Under the pieces are notes generated by a model, which saw only the letters and a program-made list of their open reading frames with translations, was not told the DNA's origin and searched no databases. A stretch of DNA of 8,706 nt from Paraspadella gotoi (Eukaryota > Animalia > Chaetognatha): assembly GCA_051294375.1 (NCBI GenBank), contig JBJCIZ010000257.1, positions 1 to 8,706 of the forward strand, read 5' to 3'. The number at the start of each line of letters is the position of its first letter. Position 1 is the first letter of the stretch. A program made the position numbers and the translations under genes. Shown in pieces: positions 1-7,900 of this stretch.

Positions 1-40
1 TGGATCCGAGTGGATCGTTAATCTCGGGTTCGAATCTACA
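1..40 (-). repeat. Start of the 3' LTR (truncated by the window edge)
   Basis: The minus strand reads TGTAGATTCGAACCCGAG... starting at 40, immediately after the polypurine tract. Its first 7 nt (TGTAGAT) are the inverted repeat of the last 7 nt (ATCTACA) of the LTR end next to the PBS. Confidence 0.85.
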
Positions 41-48
41 TCCCCCCC
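41..48 (-). promoter_or_regulatory. Polypurine tract (PPT), plus-strand DNA primer site
   Basis: Plus-strand tccccccc = GGGGGGGA on the minus strand, directly abutting TGTA and ~130 nt downstream of the pol stop. Confidence 0.88.
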
Positions 49-176
49 AGACGGAAATATATATGTTTACGGAACGAATGGGCTCAATATTAGGTAAGTG
101 AGAATAAGAGTTAACAAATACATGCTATCTAAAAAATATCGATGTAAAATTTAGTGTATAGATGTGAATATGTAAT

Positions 177-3100
177 TTAATTTACATTTCTTAGTAGGTG
201 ACGTAACACGGCATTATAATTTGGCCGGTTTGAATTGTTTGTTTTAAAAGAAGAATTCGAGAGCGTTGGTCGTGAGAATCGTCCCGGAACTAGGCTCGGT
301 TGGCGCCACGAGGCCTCGTCAGACATTGGCGCTTGCGTCAATGGTATTTCCGTTGCCGGAGATGGAGGAGGTGCGCCGAACGGGAGTACTGGGGCTTGTT
401 GAAGATTTTTGTCGACGCTGGAAGTGGGCGTTGCCACTGGAGGAGGCGTTGCCACTTCCGGTGGCGTTACTGAAGCTAAGAGGTTGTTTTGGGGATTAAC
501 GCCATCGTCGTCGTCGTTGTCGTCGTCGTTAGCACCTCGAATGAGAGAGGCTTCTTGTTGACGGCGAGTCATTGAACGAGTTACGCGAGTTGTTGGCGCC
601 GGTTGCCGGGTACGCGGGCCCGGTCGGCGGCCCGGTCGCGGCGGTGACGGCGGAGTGGGCGGTTGAGAGAGTCGTTCCAATCCTGAGGCTTCTCTCCAGA
701 TCGTCGCGGGCTTTATGCGCGATATTGCGATTGTCTCGATCCCGTGGCCAGGAACTTCCACGCGGAAGTTGAGATTGTCTCTAGAGACAACTCTGTAAGG
801 GCCATGGTAGGGCGCTGTTAAGGGGCGTTTGACTCCGGCGCGCTTGATAAAGACATGCGATGCATCGACAAGTGTTTCTGGTAGAAAAACTCGAGGCTCT
901 CGGTGAGTGGAAGTCTCGGTCGGCTGGAGACGCTCAACCTCCAATCGGAGATTGTTACGCGCGAGGCGACGTTGATCGTGAAGAGCGTCGTCATTCGGTG
1001 GGGGAGGTAGCAAGTCGCCGGGGACAGCGAGGCCTTCGCCGAAGACCAACTCGGCCGGGGAAGCGCCGATGTCGGGTTTCAATGTTGTCCGGATGGCGAG
1101 GAGGGCTGAAGGAAGGCGCCAGAACCATTTGTGTGGATCCTCGATGCTCAGGGCGATGAGCGCTTCCTTCAGGCGTCGGTGGAACCGCTCCACCAGGCCA
1201 TTGGCTTGGGGGTGATATGCAGCGGTCTGATGATGCTTGATCCCCCAGGTGTTGAGGAGTTGGGTCCAAATGGCGGAGCCAAACTGAGCTCCGCGATCGG
1301 TGGTAATGTCCGACGGAATGCCAAAGGTCGATATCCAGCCATGCGTGAGCGTATCGATGATCGTGGTGGCTGTCATGTCCTTCATGGGGAGTGCAGCCGG
1401 CCAACGGGTAAAACGATCCACTACAGTTAACAAATAACTGTATTCGTTGGACGATGGCATGATCGTGATATCAACATTGAGGTGCTGGAATCTCTTGGCA
1501 GGGACCTCGAAATCGCCGATATTGGGGACGACGTGTCGAGTGACTTTTGCCTGTTGACACGCCAGGCATTCGCGGGCCCAGCGTGTTGTATCGGCTCGAA
1601 GAGATGGCCAAACGAATTTTGCTGAAATCGTTTCCCTGGTCCTGGCAACGCCGGGGTGCCCAAGTCCATGGACGGCGTCGAAGATTCTTCGGCGCCATGC
1701 TTCGGGGACAAAGGGTCGGGCGGGGCCGTTGCTGATGTCGACGACGAGTTGCTGGTTGCCAACAGTAACCTTTCGGAAACGAAGTCCCGTGCGAGCGTCT
1801 CTTGAGAGGCTTTGATAGTCTCTATCGAGGATCTGATGCCGCGCCATCTCCTCGAGGTCGATGCCCTCGTGGCCAATGGCATTGATGGTGCTGTCCAGAT
1901 CCTGAAGTTTGTCAGTAGGGACGGCTTGATTGATAGTGGAGATGGCTGGAGGTGGGTTGGGCCTTGAGAGAGCGTCCGCGACCACGTTCGCTTTACCGCG
2001 CACATGCCTGATGTCGGTCGTGAACTCGCTGATGACCGACAGCTGGAAGTTGTGGCGCGTTGTCTGGGGTTCGGCTCGCTTGTGCAGGGCGTGAATCAGT
2101 GATTGATGGTCGGTGTAGAGGGTAAAAGAGCGTCCCTCCAACCAGTGGCGGTAATGCCTTACGGCTCTGAAGGCGCCGTAGAGTTCTCGATCGAAAGGGG
2201 GCCAGCGCCGTTGGGAGTCGTCAAGTTTGGCCGAAAAAAATGCTAAGGGCTCCCACCCTTGGCTGGTCCTTTGTTCGAGCACAGCTCCGACGGCGATATC
2301 GGAGGCGTCAGTGGTTAAAGCCAGTTGCGCGTTGGTTCTCGGATGGCGCAGTAGGGCGGCGTTGGCGAGAGCATCCTTCACGGCGTCGAAGGATTTGGCG
2401 CATGCTGGGGTCCAGACCAATTTCTTGGGCTTGCCGGCCAGGGAGTCGTAGAGTGCGGCTGCGTGATGCGCTGCCTTCGGGAGGAATCGACGGTAATAGT
2501 TCACCATTCCTAGAAATCTCTGAAGCTCCTTTATGGTGGTCGGCGGGTTTGTGGCGCGTATAGCTTCCACTTTCTGAGGCAAGGGTTTGACGCCGGAGGA
2601 GTCGACCAAGTATCCGAGGAATTCCAAGGAATCTTTGCCGAGCACGCACTTTTTTCGGTTTACGACTAAACCATTCTTGGCCAGGGCCTTGAAGACGTTG
2701 TTGAGATCCTCCACGTGTTGCTCCTCCGTCTCGCTAGCAACCAGGATGTCATCCAGGTAAACGTAGGTGTGAGGGACATCACCGAGGATCTCGTCCATCA
2801 TCCTCTGAAAGTCCTGGCCTGCGTTCTTCAGTCCAAACGGAGTTCGTAAGAAGACAAACAGGCCAAAGGGCGTGATGACAGCCGTTTTGACGACATCCTC
2901 ATCTGCAACCGGTATCTGGTGGTAACCTTTAAGAAGGTCCACCTTCGAAAAGATTTTTTTACCGGCCAATTCGGCATTGAAGTCCGCCAGTAATTTAACT
3001 GGATATTTGTCGTCGCGTGTCATCGAGTTGAGGCGGCGGAAATCGCCGCAGACACGCCACCCTCCATCTCCTTTGGGCACACAGAGGATCGGGGACGACC

Positions 3101-3767
3101 ACGAACTTTTTGCCCGCTTGGCGATGCCTAGAGAAACCATCTTCTCTAGTTCGGCCTTCGCCACGGCCAGCTTCTCTGGATGCAGTCTTCGCGCTCGAGC
3201 TTGACAGGGTCGACCAGAGGTTGGGATGTGGTGTCGAACTCCATGTTGAGGTTCCTTCAGTTCGAAACTCGGAGTTGAAAGTGATGGATATTGGTCGAGC
3301 AACTTGTAATATACATCCTCCGCTTGACTCACAAAGTTAATGTGGGAAGGAGGTGTGCCACGAGATACTGCGCAGGGGATCGTCGAGTAGTCCCGCAGGT
3401 CCAAGAGGAGACCGTCGCGGTGATTTGGTGCGAGGAAGTATTCGGCGAGAAAATCCGCCCCAAGGATGTTCTGCGTGACATCCGCGATCAGGACATCAAA
3501 AGGAAAAACTCTTGGTCCTAACGTGATCCTTTTGTGGGCGACGCCGTAGCAGGCAATGGGGCTGCCGTTGGCGGCCTGCAGCTGCGCACCTGTTGGACCC
3601 GCTGCCCGTTGCTCTGGAGTTGGAGGAATCAAGGAAAGTAAGGCGCCGCCGTCGACCAACCAGTATCTGCCGTCACTGGCGTCGACGACGTGGAGCAAGA
3701 ATGAGGCGTCGGGTGATAAGGCGTTTGAGCGGGGCACGGCGTTCACCGGCGCTGCCCCGCTGATCCG
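177..3767 (-). CDS. pol: Pol polyprotein (aspartic protease, reverse transcriptase, RNase H, integrase with GPY/F module), probably made as a Gag-Pol fusion
   Basis: 1189-aa uninterrupted ORF (177-3746), with the frame still open up to the slippery site at 3767-3773. Motifs: PR LVDGGA...ILGADFL; RT WSSPILCVPK, DFRRLN, DLLKGYHQI, PFGLKNA, YLDD (2748-2759); RNase H TDAS...RELYG...TDH...ADALSR; IN zinc finger HGLGH...CLAC, catalytic VDIT/TDRG/VERFHR; GPY (795-803). Confidence 0.97.
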   Translation of the reverse strand, partial: RISGAAPVNAVPRSNALSPDASFLLHVVDASDGRYWLVDGGALLSLIPPTPEQRAAGPTGAQLQAANGSPIACYGVAHKRITLGPRVFPFDVLIADVTQNILGADFLAEYFLAPNHRDGLLLDLRDYSTIPCAVSRGTPPSHINFVSQAEDVYYKLLDQYPSLSTPSFELKEPQHGVRHHIPTSGRPCQARARRLHPEKLAVAKAELEKMVSLGIAKRAKSSWSSPILCVPKGDGGWRVCGDFRRLNSMTRDDKYPVKLLADFNAELAGKKIFSKVDLLKGYHQIPVADEDVVKTAVITPFGLFVFLRTPFGLKNAGQDFQRMMDEILGDVPHTYVYLDDILVASETEEQHVEDLNNVFKALAKNGLVVNRKKCVLGKDSLEFLGYLVDSSGVKPLPQKVEAIRATNPPTTIKELQRFLGMVNYYRRFLPKAAHHAAALYDSLAGKPKKLVWTPACAKSFDAVKDALANAALLRHPRTNAQLALTTDASDIAVGAVLEQRTSQGWEPLAFFSAKLDDSQRRWPPFDRELYGAFRAVRHYRHWLEGRSFTLYTDHQSLIHALHKRAEPQTTRHNFQLSVISEFTTDIRHVRGKANVVADALSRPNPPPAISTINQAVPTDKLQDLDSTINAIGHEGIDLEEMARHQILDRDYQSLSRDARTGLRFRKVTVGNQQLVVDISNGPARPFVPEAWRRRIFDAVHGLGHPGVARTRETISAKFVWPSLRADTTRWARECLACQQAKVTRHVVPNIGDFEVPAKRFQHLNVDITIMPSSNEYSYLLTVVDRFTRWPAALPMKDMTATTIIDTLTHGWISTFGIPSDITTDRGAQFGSAIWTQLLNTWGIKHHQTAAYHPQANGLVERFHRRLKEALIALSIEDPHKWFWRLPSALLAIRTTLKPDIGASPAELVFGEGLAVPGDLLPPPPNDDALHDQRRLARNNLRLEVERLQPTETSTHREPRVFLPETLVDASHVFIKRAGVKRPLTAPYHGPYRVVSRDNLNFRVEVPGHGIETIAISRIKPATIWREASGLERLSQPPTPPSPPRPGRRPGPRTRQPAPTTRVTRSMTRRQQEASLIRGANDDDNDDDDGVNPQNNLLASVTPPEVATPPPVATPTSSVDKNLQQAPVLPFGAPPPSPATEIPLTQAPMSDEASWRQPSLVPGRFSRPTLSNSSFKTNNSNRPNYNAVLRHLLRNVN
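505..528 (+). repeat. Imperfect (TCG)n microsatellite encoding the acidic run DDDNDDDD in the integrase tail
   Basis: tcgtcgtcgtcgttgtcgtcgtcg seen directly, in frame within pol. Confidence 0.8.
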
Positions 3768-3773
3768 TTTCCC
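3712..3773 (-). promoter_or_regulatory. Programmed -1 ribosomal frameshift signal (slippery heptamer plus stem-loop or pseudoknot)
   Basis: G_GGA_AAC (3773-3767) fits X_XXY_YYZ in the gag frame (TCG GGA AAC = S-G-N). pol is in the -1 frame with no stop in between. A perfect 9-bp stem AGCGGGGCA/TGCCCCGCT (3761-3753 with 3736-3728) begins 5 nt downstream. Confidence 0.88.
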
Positions 3774-4837
3774 GACTTCATGTCCTTCCCTTCGCGCTTC
3801 TCGTTGTTCCTGGCACAGCCACGTTCACACCTGAAGGCTGTGTCTCCGTACTTGAGGTGGAAACGGCATATTTTCTTCAGTTTCGGGTTCTGAAGGTTGC
3901 TGGCCTGGTTTGACGAGCTGCTTGGGGCGTTGGATCGCCGGTTGGAGGTCGGGGGGCGGCTGGCATCGCGCCTGCCCGGACGAACGGCGTTGATACTTAT
4001 CTCGTCGCCTGAATCACTCAATTGATCGTCGATGACAGCGTCGGGAATTGCGGCGTTGATTGAAGATGACGGCGCCGCCAAGAGTGGGCGCCCTTCCGCG
4101 TCGAAAAACTTATCGGCGGCGTCAGCAAGCTGTGCCGCCGTCCATGTATCGACCTTGTCCTCGATTGTGCGGCGAATTTCGATTGGCAGGCCTCTGACGA
4201 TCGTTTCCTTTCGGAGGTCGTCCACCGTCACTGCCTTCGTTTTTTCTTCCAATCTGGCAAGTTGTTGCGAGGGGCGGAGGCCGTCTCGACTGAAGCCATC
4301 GAGGAGCAATGCTGCTTGTTGTCGCGGGGTCGAGCCATACTCTTTACGAAGGTAAGCAATGAACTCGAGCCAGCGTCTCTCACTTTGTTCGCCGTAGAGG
4401 TAGGCGTTTACGCGTGGATTAACGTTGACGTCGATTTTTGCCTCCAAATGGGCAAACTTTTCTTTGGCATCGCAGATATTGGCGCGCACGTACGCCGCCT
4501 CTACGCGGCGAATCCATATTTCGATGTTTTTCGAATCAAATGCTGGAAGCTCGGGCTTCTTCTTCTTGTTGAGGGCGGAGAGAGCCGCGGAAAGGGCGGC
4601 GCGGAGCGCTTCCGTCTCGTTCGTGGCGCCGGGGACTGGAGTCGGAGCTGCAGTAGCCATGTTTGTCGTCGCGTAAACAAAGGAGTTTTCGTTCGGCGAC
4701 GGGGGCATAAACCGGAATTTCGGCGATGCTAAAGCGTCCACGGGTGCGCTGGGCGAGTGTTCTCGAGAGACTCGACCCCTGGCGGCAAGGGTGCTCTGGA
4801 GGCGGAGGCGTGAGGATTGTCGAGTCGGCTCGGTCAT
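3743..4837 (-). CDS. gag: Gag protein with C-terminal CHCC zinc knuckle
   Basis: ORF directly upstream of and overlapping pol. First in-frame ATG is at 4837 (MTEPTRQ); the later ATG at 4660 (MATAAP) is an alternative start. N-terminal capsid-like segment ELPAFDSKNIEIWIRRVE. CRFHLKYGDTAFRCERGC = C-X2-H-X9-C-X3-C at 3815-3868. Confidence 0.92.
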   Translation of the reverse strand: MTEPTRQSSRLRLQSTLAARGRVSREHSPSAPVDALASPKFRFMPPSPNENSFVYATTNMATAAPTPVPGATNETEALRAALSAALSALNKKKKPELPAFDSKNIEIWIRRVEAAYVRANICDAKEKFAHLEAKIDVNVNPRVNAYLYGEQSERRWLEFIAYLRKEYGSTPRQQAALLLDGFSRDGLRPSQQLARLEEKTKAVTVDDLRKETIVRGLPIEIRRTIEDKVDTWTAAQLADAADKFFDAEGRPLLAAPSSSINAAIPDAVIDDQLSDSGDEISINAVRPGRRDASRPPTSNRRSNAPSSSSNQASNLQNPKLKKICRFHLKYGDTAFRCERGCARNNEKREGKDMKSGNGSAGQRR

Positions 4838-4878
4838 GGATGATTTAATCAGTATCAGAAGGTTGGATAATTTTCTTG

Positions 4879-4893
4879 CGTCGTGGATCACCA
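4879..4893 (-). promoter_or_regulatory. Primer binding site, tRNA-Trp-like
   Basis: TGGTGATCCACGACG starts 1 nt after the LTR-terminal TACA. It resembles the complement of the animal tRNA-Trp 3' end (TGGTGACCCCGACG, recalled) with one wobble-compatible change and one extra base. Confidence 0.78.
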
Positions 4894-4894
4894 A

Positions 4895-4936
4895 TGTAGA
4901 TGGCGCGGCCTGAATTCACTTTGAGGTGGCGGCATC
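4895..4936 (-). repeat. Remnant of the 5' LTR (U5 end only, ~42 bp)
   Basis: The minus strand reads ...GATGCCGCCACCTCAAAGTGAATTCAGGCCGCGCCATCTACA then the PBS. It ends in the canonical CA with the 7-bp terminal inverted repeat. Sequence switches abruptly to the AT-rich array at ~4937-4940. Confidence 0.8.
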
Positions 4937-7900
4937 ATTCCTCTCTTTTATTTTTTTATGTCTCCTTCTTCTCTGCTCTTTTCTCTTTAATTTTATGTAG
5001 CTTTCTCTCACTCTCAATAGATAAAACGTTAAATACACCAGAAAACGACTTTTCTCTGTTAAAAAGATATGAAAACTAAAACAGAAAACGATTTTTTTCA
5101 ATGTAAAAGAAATGAAAACATTTAAAAAAAAACGGCCAAACGTTTTTTTCACAATGTAAAAAAATATTAAAAAAAAACACCGATAAACGACTTTTCTAAA
5201 GTTTAAAAAAGTGTGATAAAAACGTAAATACAGCGGCAGACGATATCTCAAAGAGATAACAACTTTAAAAACAAAGAAAAAACGCTTTTTCCAATGTAAA
5301 AAAGAGATAAAAAATTTCTAAAAGCACCGGAAAACATTACTTTTCAAGAAAAAAGAAATAAAAAACGTTAAAATACTTCTGCAATAACATCATTGAAGTT
5401 GTTAATTGGGTGGACAGTTATTAAATATCTTTTTATCAAAACAAACAAATTTTCCTCTCTTTTATTTTTATGTTCTCCTTCTCTCTCTCTTTTCTCTTTA
5501 ATTTTATGTAGCTTTCTCCCACTCTCAAAGATAAAAACGTTAAATACACCAGAAAACGGACTTTTTCTCCTGTAAAAAGATATGAAACTTTAAAAATAAA
5601 CAGGAAAACGATTTTTTCCAATGTAAAAAGAAATAAAACTAAAAAAAAAACGGCAAACGTTTTTTCCAATGTAAAAGAGTTAAAAACACACCGATAAACG
5701 ACTTTTCAAATAAAGAGTAATAAAAACGGGTTAAATACACGGCAGACGACATTTTTCCAAAGAGATAAACAACTTTAAAAACAAAGGAAAAAACGCTTTT
5801 TCCAATGTAAAAAGCAGATAAAAAATTTCTAAAACACCGGAAAACGATATTTTTAAAGAAAAAAGAATAAAACGTTAATACTTCTGCATAATACATCATC
5901 GAGGTTGTTTTAAAATTGGTGTGAGGACAGTTTATTAAATATCTTTTATCAAAACAAACAAAATTTTCCTCTCTTTTATTTTTATGTCTTCCTTCTTTCT
6001 CTCTTTTCTCTTTTAATTTTATGTAGCTTCTCTTACTCTCAAAAGATTTAAAAACGTTAAATACCACCAGAAAACGACTTTTTCTCTGTAAAAAGATATG
6101 CAAAACTTTAAAAAATACAGAAACGATTTTTCTAATGTAAAAAGAAATAAAAACTTAAAAAAAACGGCAAAACGTTTTTTCCAATGTAAAAAGAGTTAAA
6201 AAACACCGAAAATAAACGACTTTTCTAAATTTAAAAGTGATAAAAAACGTTAAATACAGCGGGCAAAGGGAATTTGATTTATTTTCCCCCAAAAAAAGAG
6301 AAATAAAACCCAAAACTTTAAAAACAAAGAAAACGCGTTTTTCCAATGTAAAAAGAGGTAAAAAAATTTCCCTAAACACCGGGAAAACGATTATTTTCAA
6401 AGGGAAAAAGAAATAAAAAACGTTAAATACTTCTGCAATAACATCTTTTCATTTTTCGAGGGTTGTTAAAAATTGCGGTGAGGACAGTTATAAAATATCT
6501 TATCAAAAACAAACCAAATTCCTCTCTTTTATTTTTATGTTCCTTCCTCTCTCTTTTCTCTTTAATTTTATGTAGCTTTCTCTCAACTCTCAAAAGATAA
6601 AAACGTTAAATACACCAGAAAACGACTTTTTCTCTGTAAAAAGATATGAAAACTTTAAAATAACAGAAAACGATTTTTTCAATGTAAAAAAGAATAAGAA
6701 ACTTTTAAAAAACGGCAAACGTTTTTTCCAATGTAAAAAGAATTAAAAAAACACCGAATAAACGACTTTTCTAAAGCTAAAAAGTGATAAAAACGTTAAA
6801 TACAGCCGGCAGCGATATTTCCAAAGATGATAACAACTTTTAAAACAAAGAAAAACGCTTTTTCCAATGTAAAAGAGATAAAAATTTCTAAACACCGGAA
6901 ACGATTATTTTCAAACAAAAAAAGATAAAAACGTTAAAACTTCTGCCAAATACATCATCGAGGTTGTTCAATTGCGGTGAGGACAGTTATTAAATATCTT
7001 TTTTATTCAAAAACAAACAAATTTTCTCTCTTTTATTTTTATGTCTCCTTCTCTCTCTCTTTTCTCTTAATTTTATGTAGCTTTCTCTCACTCTCAATAG
7101 ATAAAAACGTTAAATACACCCAGAAAACGACTTTTTCTCTGTAAAAAGATATGAAAAACTTTAAATAACAGAAAAACGATTTTCAATGTTGTAAAAAGAA
7201 ATAAAAACTTAAAAAAAACGGCAAACGTTTTTTTCCAATGCTAAAAAAAATATAAAAAAACACGATAAACGACTTTTCCAAAGGTAAAAGTGATAAAAAC
7301 GTTAATTACAGCGGCCAGACGATATTTCCAAAGAGATAAACAACTTTAAAAAACCAAGAAAACCGCTATTATATCCCCCATTTGTAAAAAATAAAGAAAA
7401 AGAATATAAAAAAATTTCTTATATAGAACACCGGGACTAACGTAAGTAGTTTTCCAAGGAAAAAAGAATATTAAAACGTTAAATATTTCTGCAAATAACA
7501 TCATCGAGGTTGTTTCATTAAAAATGGCGTCGAGGACAGTTATTAAATTGATCTTTTTATCAAAACAACAAATTCCTTTCTTTTATTTTTATGTCTCCTT
7601 CCTCTCTCTTCCTTTCTCTTTAATTTTCATGTAGCTTTCTCTCACTTCTCAATAGCATAAAAACGTTAAATAACCATGAAAACGCACTTTTTCTCTAGTA
7701 AAAAAGATATTTTTGAAAACTTTAAAAATAACAGAAAACGCGATTGTTTCCAATGTTTAAAAGAAATAAAAAGTTAAATAAAACGCGCAAACGTTTTTTC
7801 CAATGTATAAAAGAGTTAAAAAAACACCGATAAACGACTTTTCTAAAGTAAAAAGTAATAAAAAATGTTAAATACACCGGCAGACGAATATTTCCAAAGA

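Larger units (their letters stand above)
1..4936 (-). mobile_element. Ty3/Gypsy LTR retrotransposon, CsRn1-like lineage; internal region intact, both LTRs only partly visible
   Basis: Minus-strand order: LTR end (...ATCTACA at 4895), PBS, gag, pol (PR, RT, RNase H, IN), PPT, LTR start (TGTAGAT at 40). The PR-RT-RH-IN order defines Ty3/Gypsy rather than Copia. CHCC Gag motif and Trp-like PBS are the established CsRn1-clade characters. Confidence 0.95.

Noticed and set aside
1-37. tRNA/SINE-like Pol III boxes (TGGATCCGAGTGG resembling an A box, GGTTCGAATC resembling a B box)
   Set aside because: The boxes are only ~13 nt apart, no cloverleaf can be built, and the segment is explained as the LTR start next to the PPT.
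1-37. Sequencing adapter or cloning linker (inverted copies, BamHI site GGATCC at 2-7)
   Set aside because: It matches no adapter I recognise, it is continuous with the TGTA LTR terminus and PPT, and sequence continues ~480 bp beyond the second copy. A UniVec screen would close this.
49-700. env gene or chromodomain downstream of integrase
   Set aside because: Only ~130 nt separate the pol stop from the PPT, and the tail has no transmembrane segment or chromodomain aromatic-cage pattern.
177-3746. Prokaryotic RT system (retron, DGR, group II intron, RT-defence) with an adjacent repeat array
   Set aside because: The RT sits in a PR-RT-RNaseH-IN polyprotein with gag, PBS and PPT, which is unambiguous Ty3/Gypsy architecture.
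3744-3746. Independent GTG start for pol overlapping the gag stop (GTGA, resembling bacterial translational coupling)
   Set aside because: The -1 slippery site and stem just upstream explain pol expression in a eukaryotic element.
266-4732. Short alternative-frame and antisense ORFs overlapping gag and pol (e.g. 1427-2005, 991-1404, 4262-4732)
   Set aside because: Expected shadows of GC-rich coding sequence with few stops; no recognisable motifs.
4838-4894. Gag start at TTG 4894 as given in the ORF track
   Set aside because: It overlaps the PBS and relies on a bacterial-type start codon. The first ATG at 4837 is the plausible eukaryotic start.
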